Assembly (NCBI GenBank): GCA_964016885.1
Contig: OZ024745.1
Location: forward strand, 111,166,001-111,230,000
Reading direction: 5' to 3'
DNA from: Eledone cirrhosa
Lineage: Eukaryota
Length of the DNA: 64,000 nucleotides
The notes below the pieces were generated by a model, which was not told the origin of the DNA, did not search any database, and saw only the letters and a program-made list of their open reading frames with translations. Shown one piece after another: positions 1 through 13,474 of the stretch (within the stretch, counting starts at the first letter, position 1; each line of letters opens with the position of its first letter). Both the position numbers and the translations under genes were made by a program.

Positions 1-59
1 GATGATGATGATGATGATGATGACGATGATGATACTTCTACTACTACTACTGGTGATGT

Positions 60-127
<68 letters not shown>

Positions 128-152
128 ATTGCTGATGATGATGATGATATTG

Positions 153-212
<60 letters not shown>
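1..212. repeat. compound trinucleotide microsatellite (GAT)n/(CTA)n/(CTG)n
   Basis: Directly visible; it produces the poly-M/L/D/T ORF at 2..334. Confidence 0.95.
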
Positions 213-330
213 TTAATACTACTAAATTCATCCACTTCTTTGTGATGTCAGAACTGAAAACAATTGTGCTGAAATATGCTTTGATTAATCCCAAGATTGC
301 TGTGATTGTCCAGCCCCATTTTGTCCTTTA

Positions 331-627
331 TTAACCCTTTAGCATTTAAACCAACCATATCCGGTCAGAGTTCTCTCACCTCTCTTCTGTTCAAACTGGC
401 TGTAAATGGCCACTCATACTGACGTTAAGGTATTGTTCTCAAAATATATAATATCAAACTCTAGTAGATTTGATATTATGTGACAAATATTTAAGATAAA
501 GCTTTTACCACAAAAATACGATAGTATATATAGTATATATACGATAATATATATAGTATATATACGATAGTATATATAGTATATATAGTATATATAGTAT
601 ATATAGTATATAATGCTAGAGGGTTAA
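331..627 (+). mobile_element. piggyBac-type MITE, family A
   Basis: TTAA|CCCTTTAGCATT ... AATGCTAGAGGG|TTAA: terminal inverted repeats with TTAA on both sides; at least 6 copies in the window. Confidence 0.85.
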
Positions 628-639
628 GCAAACATGTTC

Positions 640-795
640 AAAACCATTCCAGCTATGACTAGCACATCTTCCTAGTATATCTAAGACAACATTATCCAAT
701 GTGTCCTCCCTTTTTATAGATGGTAGGATTTGATTTGAAGGAGATTTTGCTGATATTTCTAGCAAATCAAGAGACACCCATATAGGTTCTCTCGT
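640..795 (-). mobile_element. degenerate interspersed repeat (SINE-like family E)
   Basis: Shares 'gatttgaaggagattttgctgatatttctagcaaatca' with copies at about 57715-57920 and 60950-61125. Confidence 0.55.
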
Positions 796-859
796 TTAAT
801 AAATCTCAATGGTACTTTGAGTAGGTTGGAATTAGGACACAAATTATGCATGTTATAAT

Positions 860-1072
860 GGTTTCTGATTTAGGCACAAGGCCAACGATTTTAAGGGAGG
901 GGAAAATCAATGAAATCAACCCCAGTGCATTACTGGTACTTTATTTTATCGACCCTGTTAGGATGAAAGGCAAAACTAATTTCAGCGGGATTTGAACTCA
1001 GAATGTAAAGGGCCATAACTATGCCGCGAAGCATGTTGTCCGACGCTCTACCGATACTGCCAATCCCCTGCC
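860..1072 (-). mobile_element. tRNA-derived SINE family A, long-tail variant
   Basis: The reverse strand has an A box TGGCAGTATCGG, a B box GAGTTCAAATCC and the core 'tttgcctttcatcct...gggtcgataaaataaagtaccag' resembling the Deu/Nin-domain SINE core. Confidence 0.85.
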
Positions 1073-1703
1073 CTTACATATTATAATGGGGCCATGACCC
1101 CTGAAGAAAGACATCAATTTGAGTTAAGTATTTGACTGAGAAGTATTTGTATGAGACATTATCAAAGTTTGACAGTCACATTTAGAATAGTTACTTGTTG
1201 AGAAGTGATAAAAGATGTTAAATAGAAGTGAGAAGATAACTATTTGATCAGGATAGTTGGGATACTCGCCCATTTATTTTATATTTTTACTATATATGTG
1301 GTATATTTTTATTATTAAAACAAGATCAACAAAACAAAATAAGTGTATCATTTATCAAACATTCAGCAGATGATAAAACAAATTTTAGGAAATATTGAAT
1401 AGTTGAACTGAGATTCAAATGAAGCATCTTTTACATCATGACTGGGATATCTTCAGTAACTCCATGTTATACATAGATTTATTTCATATATCTAGTTGTA
1501 AGACATATGTGTGGGTGTCTGTGTGTAATATGAAACTTGAAAATGACCAGCCAGATCTCAAGACAAAACATAAATAATGCAAAAGTAGTCTCAAGAGTCA
1601 AAACATTAACAACAGAAAAATCATCTCATGAGTTAAAACATAAATAGTATAAAAGATCAAATATCTTCATCATCATCATCATTACCACCATTACTACCAC
1701 CAC

Positions 1704-1736
<33 letters not shown>

Positions 1737-1812
1737 TACCACCATTACTACCACCACAATAATCATCATCATCATCATCATTGAATAGAAATAATCCAAG
1801 AGAAGAAAGAAA

Positions 1813-1940
<128 letters not shown>

Positions 1941-2125
1941 GGAGAGAGGAAGAGATTGGTAATTAAATTTGATATAAAGATGCTATCTCTTATGAAAGAA
2001 CCGATAAAAAAACAACAACTAATGTAGCTCAGCTCTTCTGTAGACTCTGCTGAAAGAAACACCAAAGATGATGCTCTTTATTATTGTTCCATAGCAGTTG
2101 TTGAGTAACCAACATAAGAAAATAC

Positions 2126-2285
2126 AGAGCTATCCCACTGGCTAGTGGCTCAAACCCGAGCAAAAGGCAGACCTAGGAAGACATGGGATGGGGTATCGAA
2201 AACAGATCTTAAGAAACTAAGCCTCACAACTGAGGTGACAAAAAAATCAAGAGGGCTGGTACTATGCTGTGATGATGAAGATCTG
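2126..2285 (+). pseudogene. degenerate 3' end of an RTE-clade LINE ORF
   Basis: Translation '[29 protein letters not shown]' matches the C-terminus of the RTE copies at 12838 and 24010. Confidence 0.75.
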
Positions 2286-2843
2286 GTCACAAGATCTGTG
2301 ATGATGAGGGCTGGTACTATGCTGTGATGATGAAGATCTGGTCACAAGATCTGTGATGATGAGGGCTGGTACTATGCTGTGATGATGAAGATCTGGTCAC
2401 AAGATCTGTGATGATGAGAGCTGGTACTATGCTGTGATGATGAAGATCTGGTCACAAGATCTGTGATGATGAGGGCTGGTACTATGCTGTGATGATGAAG
2501 ATCTGGTCACAAGATCTGTGATGATGAGGGCTGGTACTATGCTGTGATGATGAAGATCTGGTCACAAGATCTGTGATGATGAGGGCTGGTACTATGCTGT
2601 GATGATGAAGATCTGGTCACAAGATCTGTGATGATGAGGGCTGGTACTATACTGTGATGATGAAGATCTGGTCACAAGATCTGTGATGATGAGGGCTGGT
2701 ACTATGCTGTGATGATGAAGATCTGGTCACAAGATCTGTGATGATGAGGGCTGGTACTATGCTGTGATGATGAAGATCTGGTCACAAGATCTGTGATGAT
2801 GAGGGCTGGTACTATGCTGTGATGATGAAGATCTGGTCACAAG
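2251..2843 (+). repeat. 55-bp minisatellite, about 10.8 near-identical units
   Basis: Unit GAGGGCTGGTACTATGCTGTGATGATGAAGATCTGGTCACAAGATCTGTGATGAT starts at 2251, 2306, 2361 ... 2801. Confidence 0.95.
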
Positions 2844-2912
2844 CATACAGTATGACCTGACCCATCCATGAGCCACACAAACCAACTGAACATTCAACAG
2901 ACTTGTACACTC

Positions 2913-3340
2913 TTAACCCTTTAGCACTTAAACCGGCCGTATCCGGCCACAATTCTCTCACCTATTTCTGTTCAAACTGGCTGTAACCGGCGGGTCATAC
3001 TTATGTTAAGGTATTGTTCTCAAAATAAATAATTGTTTCTACTTTAGGCACAAGGCCAGCAATTACCCAGTTCATTACTGGTACTTTATTTTATCGACCC
3101 CGTAAGGATGAAAGGCAAAGTTAACCTCGGCGGGATTTGAACTCAGATCGTAAAGGGACGTAACTATGCTGGAAAGCATGGCGTCCGACCCTCTACCGAT
3201 ACTGCCAATCCACCGTTCTCAAAATAAATAATATAAAAATCTCATAGATTCGATATTATGTGAGAAAATTATGTGAGATAAAGGCTTCACCATGGAAATA
3301 TAATAGTAAATATAGAGTAATATAAATGCTAAAGGGTTAA
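2913..3340 (+). mobile_element. piggyBac-type MITE family A with nested SINE
   Basis: TTAACCCTTTAGCA ... TGCTAAAGGGTTAA, interrupted by a SINE at 3034-3214. Confidence 0.9.
3034..3214 (-). mobile_element. tRNA-derived SINE family A, full length
   Basis: A/B boxes and core present; 18-bp target-site duplication GTTCTCAAAATAAATAAT at 3016-3033 and 3215-3232. Confidence 0.92.
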
Positions 3341-4111
3341 GGTAATTCTCAGGAAGATAGAACATGACGCAGTTTGTGACAAGGCTGGCCCTTTGAACCA
3401 CTCTTACAGTCCATCTGATGAGCTTCCAAAGTGTTTCCGACTATCAAGTTTTATTCACAAGGCATAGATCAACTTGAGGTTATGGTAAATGATACTTGCC
3501 CATGACACCACATCATTTGGCCAAGCTGCATTCACAACTAGTAATTACTAGTGATAAGGGTGTTGGACTTACATTCATAATGTAATGGGTTCAATTCCTG
3601 GACTGGGTGGAGTATTGTGTTCTTGTGTTTTTGTGTTCTTGAACAAAACACTTCATTTCACATTGCACAACTATACTCAGCTGAAAATAAGTACCAGCAA
3701 TTGCTGGAGGTTTAACATTGCAATGGACTGGCATCCTGGCCAGGGGAGAGTATTGTACTCTCATTTGCTTCATGCTCATGGAAACCAGGATAAGCACTGG
3801 CTTGATCTCTCCCTCTCCCCCCCCCCTCTCTCTCTCTCTCTCTCTCCTTTTCTCTCTATCTATCTACTCTCTATCTCTCTCTCTCTCCCTCTCTCTATCT
3901 ATCTATCAACCTATCTATCTCACACATATTACTCCCCTATTTTTCTTTCATTGTCACTCTCCCTCTTCCTCTCTATTACTTTCGCTATTCATCTCTTGTG
4001 TGTTTCTCTTGCTCCACATTCTAATCACTCACTCGAATTTCAGTCTGACATTTTTTTAATTTTACCTCTCTCTTTATCTTCTACTCTATTTCTCCCTCTT
4101 CCCCCGCTCTC

Positions 4112-4154
<43 letters not shown>

Positions 4155-4162
4155 ACTCTCTA

Positions 4163-4200
<38 letters not shown>

Positions 4201-4367
4201 TTTCTCACTCCCTCTCCACAACACTTTCTCTTTTTCCAGACTACTTTCTCCATCTCTCTTCACACCATTCTTTCTCCTTCTCTCCCTTCGTATATCTCTC
4301 TCTCTATAAACATACTTCTTTCCCTCCTTAGCTTTTATCTTTACTCCCACACACTAAGTTCAACTTC

Positions 4368-4430
<63 letters not shown>

Positions 4431-4511
4431 AAAAAAATTGTGGTCATACTTTTTCCTATATATATATGGAGGTGTGTATACAACATATATATATGTGTGT
4501 GTGTGTATATA

Positions 4512-4586
<75 letters not shown>

Positions 4587-4614
4587 ATATATATATATAT
4601 ATGTGCATATATAC

Positions 4615-5246
<632 letters not shown>

Positions 5247-5249
5247 GGG

Positions 5250-5280
<31 letters not shown>

Positions 5281-5283
5281 AAT

Positions 5284-5317
<34 letters not shown>

Positions 5318-5673
5318 CAATGGTTCTGATGTGAACATTATTAATTGCTATCTCCAATCTGTTGATTTTTATTTCATTTCATTATTATCTTTTCCTACCA
5401 CAGTAGATTTTATTTTATTTCATTCTTCTTCTTTATCATCCTTTAACCATCTTTTACTTATTTTATATCATTTTTTGTTCTTTTCACCCCTTCATTCTCT
5501 GTGGATGTGTCACACTAGTAGTTCTGATGGGATTTTTTTCTTTTTTTATATAGTTTGTATTTAACCTTTTTTTTTTTATCCATTTATTTTCTTTCTTTTA
5601 TTTCTTTCTTTTAATCTCTTTTACCATTTTTCTTCACCTACACCATTGCCTCCTTTCATTCAAGCAACCCCTC

Positions 5674-5711
<38 letters not shown>

Positions 5712-6032
5712 TCACTCTCTCTCTCTCTCTCACTCTCTCTCACTCTCTCTCTCTCTCTCCCCTGCACTCTCTTTCTCTCTCGCACACACACACACTCTCC
5801 TTCTCCACCCCACTCTCTCTCTCTCTCTCACTTGTTCTCTACCCTTAATAATTTTTTACTTCTTGCTCTCCATAACTATTTAGAATCTTCAAAGAATTTT
5901 TTGTTTTTTTTTTAATTTTTATTTTTCAATAGTTCTAAAATAAAAGTAAATAAATATTTTTTAAAAATATAACTTATCCACTCCAACTAATATACAAATG
6001 ATGCTTTGGTGACTCAATTCTTGATAGAAGAC

Positions 6033-6105
<73 letters not shown>

Positions 6106-6243
6106 GAATTCCATTAAAAGAACGGGGAGAAGGAGTTGTTAGTGATAGTGGAGAAGAAGATGATGGCTGGAATAATAAACTATATGAAAAGGAAACTATC
6201 ACCAAAATAAAACAATCATATATACATCTACATACATGCAAAA

Positions 6244-6945
<702 letters not shown>

Positions 6946-7388
6946 TTTCTTTTTTATTACATCAATAAAGTTATTTAGTGAATTTGATTTTTGATTATGG
7001 GAGTCATAAATTCCAAATGAAAACTGACCTTGTGGTAAAGCTTAAGCCCGTCAATAGCAACCAATAAATCTGATTAGTTAGCCAAGTGGTATCTAACATC
7101 CAAGAGCAGTAAGGATTATTATATATTTAGGGGTTACTAAGCAGCACATTTGAGGGGGCCAAGATTCTGTGGTCTGGTTATTTAAGAATACAGAAGAATA
7201 TTTATTTATTTATTAATTCATTTATTTTTATTTTATTTTTTTTTTTTTTACTCCTTCCTCACCACCACTACCACCACAACAACCCCCCCCACCACCACCA
7301 CCACCACCACCACCTAATCTTTCAATCAATATTAGATAAAATAGAAAATGATTGAAGCAAGTTGATAAAATAATAAAATAATTTAAAA

Positions 7389-7460
<72 letters not shown>

Positions 7461-7828
7461 AATCTGAAACAAATGTCATTTTCTGAATTTGGAAAGTTGA
7501 AGAGAGGTCGGGATTTTGCTTATACTATAAAGCTATGCTTGAATTATGATTTAATTTCATTGTATATACATTATTATCAAAGACTTTTCATTTTATATAT
7601 GTATTTTTATTTTATTTTATTTGCATTTGTTTATTTAGTTACTACTTCTTTCCAATAGATTTAATGATTGCTAATAATTAGTACCGAGAACAAAAAAACT
7701 ACCAATTGGCAAGCCTCATTACTCAAAGACACTTGGTTTTAATTTCGAGGGAAAACCTGTTCATGTTCACTGATTTACAAAATATTATTTATATATATAT
7801 ATATATATTATTTAATGTTGTTTGTATG

Positions 7829-7917
<89 letters not shown>

Positions 7918-8213
7918 GTGTGTGTGTGTATATATATATATTTATATATATATAATTACTTTTAATCCTTTCAGAAATTTCTTTGAGTCTACTTTAATTT
8001 ATTTTATTATTTGTTTGCATTTTTTCATTAAAGAGAAAAAATGCTTTTTTGCATGAATAACTAAAACAAGACAAAAACTAAACTTTCTATAAAAGTGTTT
8101 TATAAATCATAATCACTTATTTTCATCCATTCTTCATTGTTAAGGATGATGGCGATGATAACGATGATGATGACGATGAGGATGATAATAATAATAATAA
8201 TAATAATAATAAT

Positions 8214-8257
<44 letters not shown>

Positions 8258-8309
8258 TAACAACAACAACAACAACAACAATAAAAATAATAATAATAAT
8301 AATAATTTA

Positions 8310-8730
8310 AGATTAATGGTATCACCGACGTGAGACAGTTAATTAGCACTGCAGGGTTTCTGGTGGGTGAGCAATTAGGTATTAAGCAAACAGAAAGAAA
8401 AAAAATTGTTAGGCACCCTGGTGGAAGATAAGATTGGAAGGTGATATAATTCAGATCAGAAAAGATCTAAGTAAAATGGATTTATGGCATTGAGGAAAAT
8501 GGAAAATGGCCAACATAGGGGAGAAACGACGCATGGACATAATGTATAAAACAAAGTTGAAAGATTTGAATGTAGTAATGGAAGAAGTGAAACAACAAAT
8601 TAAGGCAAAATCTAATCGGGTTAGACCCTTTATAGATATATAAAAATGATACAAACAGAACAGATTGTTCTCTGTAAATCAAAAAATGGTCTTTAGAACA
8701 CTGTTAGGGGAAAATTGTGCAGAAGTTGCA
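8310..8730 (+). pseudogene. R4/Dong-clade non-LTR retrotransposon fragment
   Basis: Manual translation 'PWWKIRLEGDIIQIRKDLSK...VMEEVKQQIKAKSNRV...YKQNRLFSVNQKMVFRTL' with stops, resembling the pre-RT region of R4/Dong elements; abuts an (AAT)n tract. Confidence 0.75.
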
Positions 8731-8736
8731 CCTTAT

Positions 8737-8947
8737 ATATGAATGGACCTGTTATTTTTATCTAAAGACATTTTTTTCCAATTCCATCCCGCCCGTCTCC
8801 TCAATCTATCTTATTTCTCATTCTTTCTTCTGATGAAGGACTAGCGTCCGAAACGTTAAGACCATCTTCCTGCTATATCAAGTGTTAACCTAATATATCC
8901 CTTCCATATACTGTACCGATTGTGTTGTTATTTCTGTTTACCTTTTA
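8737..8947 (+). mobile_element. hammerhead-bearing dispersed repeat H1 (putative Penelope-like pLTR remnant)
   Basis: Reverse-complement copy at 24768-24985, partial copies at 10295-10345 and 49868-49985, diverged copy at about 15345-15545; ends in (TA)n. Confidence 0.75.
8826..8861 (+). ncRNA. minimal type I hammerhead ribozyme motif (H1)
   Basis: TCTT-CTGATGA-A-GGAC(TAGC)GTCC-GAA-ACGT-T^AAGA: helix I TCTT/AAGA, helix II GGAC/GTCC, palindromic helix III ACGT. Confidence 0.8.
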
Positions 8948-8948
8948 C

Positions 8949-8979
<31 letters not shown>

Positions 8980-9112
8980 GGAAAAAGTCAGGACCCCGAC
9001 GGCTGAGCTCTGGCCATTTTGACTGTTCAGATCTAGCTGTCAAAACTGCCGGAGCTCAGCTGTCGTATAATGCAAATTATCTTCAATATAATATAAATAA
9101 TTAAATATAATA

Positions 9113-9262
9113 TAATTGTTTCTACTTTTGGCACAAGGCCAGCAATTACCCAGTACATTACTGGTACTTTATTTTATCGACCCCGTAAGAATGAAAGGTA
9201 AAGTGAACCTCGGCGGGATTTGAACTCAGACCGTAAAGGGACGTAACTATGCTGGAAAGCAT
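9113..9262 (-). mobile_element. SINE family A, 5'-truncated
   Basis: B box, core and tail match 3034-3214. Confidence 0.85.
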
Positions 9263-10038
9263 AATAATAAAATTTAATAAGAATTACCTTCGTGAGGATG
9301 AAAATATCATGTCTTCTTTCTCATGTTTGCAAATAGTTTAAATATGATTTCATAAAATATGATTTTATAAATTAAATATGATAGTATACTTTAATATTAA
9401 TACAGATATTTATAAACTTTTATAGCCTGAAATATTATACACTTTGATTAATTCATTACTCTGAACTAACTTAAATGATTTGAAAGTTAACGGTCAACCA
9501 GATACGTTTGGATAGTATATATAACTAATTAACTAAGGACTGGAAATTAACCTTCATATAATTACACCCAGTTATATTTAGGATTTAGATTGATGAATAC
9601 TTCTAGATAATTCAATAATTCAAAGATTCAAGTTTACTTTTCACAAATCTATGCCCAAATGTATAGTTCTGTATAGATATATATTATTCATCCCTCCCTA
9701 TAATTATTCCTTTTTGTCTCTCTTTCCTTGATCAATTCTCTTTTGTTCTCTATATCTCTACTAGCTATTTATCCCCTCATCTGTTTTCTCTCTGTCTTTA
9801 TTTTTTTCTTTCCTCTTTCTTCGATAATTTAAATTATTTGAATCTCTAACAGTTATATAAATTGCTGATATGTATTTTTAAGCTTTCTCACACGCACCCT
9901 CTGTATTATATGTATTATATGTAAGTTTTTTAATGTCTCAATCTTAAGGTATATAAATATTGAGTTTTGTCATATCTTACTCACTACCATGACTGGATCT
10001 TAACCAACTACTATGTCAGGGTATGTCATGCATCATCT

Positions 10039-10105
10039 TATTTTATCTGAGGAGGACGTACTGTTGAAGTTAACTCAGTACCTCTGAAATATGTATAATA
10101 AAATA
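10039..10105 (+). ncRNA. type I hammerhead ribozyme motif (H2)
   Basis: TATTTTAT-CTGAGGA-GGACGTACTG...CAGTACCTCT-GAA-ATATGTAT-A^ATAAAATA; 8-bp helix I. Confidence 0.8.
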
Positions 10106-10146
10106 TACTTGATCACAAGAAGTTCTATTTTTGTTAATATTTTGAA

Positions 10147-10213
<67 letters not shown>

Positions 10214-10671
10214 TATATATATGTGTGTGTGTGTGTCTGTGTGTCTGTGTGTGTGTCTGTCTGTCTGTGTGTGTGCGTCTGTGTCTGTGTGTGTGTAAAA
10301 GGTAAACAGAAATAACAACACAATTGGTGCAGTATATGGAAGGAGTAAAAATATATATATATATATATTCCAAGAATTAAAACTTTCTCACACAAGGAGC
10401 AATTTAGATGATTGCAGTTTATAGGCAGTTTGTTCATAGACACTATATACATCTAAATATTTACTAATTCTTTAACACTTCTTTACAGAGTGGTAATGCA
10501 ACAACACTTTACAGAGTGGTAATGCAACAACACTTCTTTTTAAACAATATCTCTGTTATATGACCCATATCAACAATAGATGCAGTAGCAATTCCTATGG
10601 TATGCCTAAATTCTGTACTAAATTATCAACCATGTCCAGTGAACCCTAAAGAATCAAAACTATCAAATAAT

Positions 10672-10850
10672 AATTGTTTCTACTTTCGGCACAAGGCCAG
10701 CAAATACTATTACTGGTACTTTATTTTATCGACCCCGTAAGGATGAAAGGCAAAGTTAACCTCGGCGGGATTTGAACTCAGAATGGCAAGGGCCGTAACT
10801 CTATGCATCAAAGCATGGTGTCCGACCCTCTACCGATACTGCCAATCCAC
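10672..10850 (-). mobile_element. SINE family A
   Basis: A/B boxes, core and tail present. Confidence 0.88.
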
Positions 10851-10963
10851 ATAATTGAGTCCCCTTTCTTTGTCTATGAACAATCTAGAACAATTGGTAT
10901 GGAACACTTCTAGAACAATTGGTATGGGCAACAAAAGCACAAGACATGTTCCCAAATATTGCA

Positions 10964-11136
10964 TTAACCCTTTAGCATTACTCTATAACATTACTCTATA
11001 TTTACTATTGTCTTTTCACAATAAAGGCTTTACCTCACATAATTATCTCACATAATATTGAAGCTATGAGATTTTGAACACAAAGAGGTGAGAGAATTCT
11101 GGCCGGATACAGCCGGTTTAAATGCTAAAGGGTTAA
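10964..11136 (-). mobile_element. piggyBac-type MITE family A, internally deleted
   Basis: TTAACCCTTTAGCATT ... AATGCTAAAGGGTTAA; shares its right TTAA with the start of a family B MITE. Confidence 0.85.
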
Positions 11137-11595
11137 TCATTTTGATACCAAACTGTCTAAAACAGCCCTTGCTACTATGATGATAATTGTTTCTACTTTA
11201 GGCACAAGGCCAGCAATTACCCAGTGCATTACTGGTACTTTATTTTTTCGACCCCGTAAGGATGAAAGGCAAAGTCAACCTCGGCGGGAATTGAACTCAG
11301 ACCGTAAAGGGACATAACTATGCTGGAAAGCATGGCGTCCGACTCTCTACCGATACTGCCAATCTATGATGATAATGATGCCAAATTGTTTGCTTTAAAG
11401 TGTTTATATTTATCTAAAACCCTTCCATCATAATTTTATGTAAGAATATTTGTTAAGTTATCCATCAAACATAAGCTTATTAATGAGAAAGTTAGTTATA
11501 ATACTAAGTCTCTCTATATTCGTGATTATTCTTTACATTATTTGAAATTCAAAAACAGTGTTTATCATTACAAATATTGTAACAACTTGGCTAAG
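11133..11595 (+). mobile_element. piggyBac-type MITE family B with nested SINE
   Basis: Homologous to 22645-22880, 54502-54992 and, in reverse, 63433-63669; right end approximate. Confidence 0.65.
11188..11363 (-). mobile_element. SINE family A
   Basis: 13-bp target-site duplication CTATGATGATAAT at 11175-11187 and 11364-11376. Confidence 0.9.
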
Positions 11596-11663
11596 GTTAG
11601 GGTTAGGCAGTATACAACACATTACAAGATAAGACTGAAGCAAGATCTATTTATCGCTGTCAC

Positions 11664-11715
<52 letters not shown>

Positions 11716-11967
11716 TAAAATAACAGATTAAAAAAATCTTTGCTTAAACTTTAATCTGTTATTTTAATAAATATTTGCTCTAGGGTTCTTATATATTTTA
11801 TATATATTTATCCTTATCGGATAAATTGGATTTTAGTCTTCAAATTTATTATTATTACTATATATATATATATATATATATATGTGTATATATATATATA
11901 TATAAGAAAGTGATTATCGCTAAATGCTGATGTTGGTTAGATTATCAATATTAGTATTATTGGGGCA

Positions 11968-12094
11968 CCCACTGATGAATTATAGGAGCCCACTTGAATA
12001 TATATCTATTGATGGTATACAAGCTCCTACATAAATTGGTATAATTTAACCCAAATTGTAGTAGTCCTATAATGAAACGAGACGTCCGTCTGGG
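11968..12094 (+). ncRNA. type I hammerhead ribozyme motif with extended helix II (H3)
   Basis: CCCA-CTGATGA-ATTATAGGA...TCCTATAAT-GAA-ACG(AGACGTC)CGT-C^TGGG. Confidence 0.7.
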
Positions 12095-12296
12095 AAGAGA
12101 TATATTAGATATGTCTCATTTGAAATAATACAGCCAATTTTCCACGCAATACTTTTAGTTAGCGCCCCGAACACATAATTGGGAATATAATCACTTATTT
12201 CCTAATGTTTGTTGAGTGAGTTGGAATTTGGCCGGAGTATCGCTAAAAAGCTTTCTCCGATATTGTATTTATTTATTATATATATATATATATATA

Positions 12297-12656
12297 TGTC
12301 CTTGCTTGCAAGGGTGGGACGGGAACAGATTCTGGCTTGATTTCTACAGCTGGATGTCTTTCCTAACACTGACCTCATTTACAATGAGTGGTGGGTGCTT
12401 TTTTGCCGTGACGCCTACACGCCAACTTTACAGTGTGGGCTGGGTGCTTTTTTGCCATGGCACCTCCACGACCACTTTGCAGTGGAATGATGGGGACCCC
12501 AGTCCCTATCATCTCATTTCTACAGCTGAGTAAACTGGAGCAATGTGAAATAAAGTGTCTTGCTCAAGGAAACAACACATCACCCGGTCTGAGAATTGAA
12601 CTCACAACCTTTTGATTGCAAGGCCAATGCTCTAACCACTAAGCCATGTGCCTCCA
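12297..12656 (-). mobile_element. tRNA-derived CORE-type SINE family B with RTE-A tail
   Basis: Head GGAGGCACATGGCTTAGTGG...GAGTTCAATTC, CORE-like 'ccttgagcaagacactttatttcac', tail 'cccttgcaagcaagg'. Confidence 0.88.
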
Positions 12657-12831
12657 TGTATATATATATATATACTGTAGTACAGTTTTGGTAGAAATAT
12701 CAAAGGGTAAGAGCACTCAGTCCATAGGACTAGTTTAGTATAAATAGTTACAACAGCGACATAAACAGGTACACCAACTCCTTCAGCCTGAAGGAGTTGG
12801 GGTCCAGAACCCACCGAAACTTAAGTACCTG

Positions 12832-13441
12832 TTAAGCATGGGAGGGTGGTGTTCCGAGGCCATAGTATCTAGAATAAGGACGGGTTGGAAGAAGTTTAGG
12901 GAGCTGCTCCCTCTGTTGACAAAGAACGGTTTCTCTCTGCGTACGAAAGGCCAGTTATATGATGCTTGTGTGAGGTGTGTGATGCTGCATGGTAGTGAGA
13001 CATGGGCAGCAACTGCAGAAGATATGCGACAGCTGGAGAGAAATGAGGCAAGCATGCTCCGTTGGATGTGCAATGTCAATGTACGTGAACGACCGAGCAT
13101 AGATGAGTTGAGAAAGAAACTGGGTATAAGAGGGATAAGTTGTGGTGTGCAGGAGAGGAAACTGCGATGGTATGAACATGTGATGCACATGGAGGATGAC
13201 CGCTGGGTGAAGAGGTGCCAGGAAGTCCCAGTGGAGGGAAGACGCAGTGGAGATAGACCACGAACAACATGGGCGGAGGTGGTGAGAGCAGACCTCAGAT
13301 CGCTGAAACTCAGCGAGGAGATGACGAAGGACCGTGACGGGTGGAGAGATGCTGTGCTGAATAGGACCCGTCCAACCCTTGCAAGCAGGGAAAAGCGGAC
13401 ATAAAATGATGATGATAATGATGATGATGATGATGATGATG
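12832..13441 (+). mobile_element. 5'-truncated RTE LINE, subfamily A
   Basis: ORF 12838..13404 'SRIRTGWKKFRELLPLL...LYDACVRCVMLHGSETW...LRWYEHVMHM...RPRTTW' is the RTE post-RT domain; (GAT)n tail. Confidence 0.92.
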
Positions 13442-13442
13442 A

Positions 13443-13465
<23 letters not shown>

Positions 13466-13474
<9 letters not shown>

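Noticed and set aside
2251-2843. CRISPR-like array
   Set aside because: Units are contiguous and near-identical with no unique spacers; no cas genes; eukaryotic context.
10475-10540. Short direct duplication 'tttacagagtggtaatgcaacaacact'
   Set aside because: Ordinary local slippage duplication.
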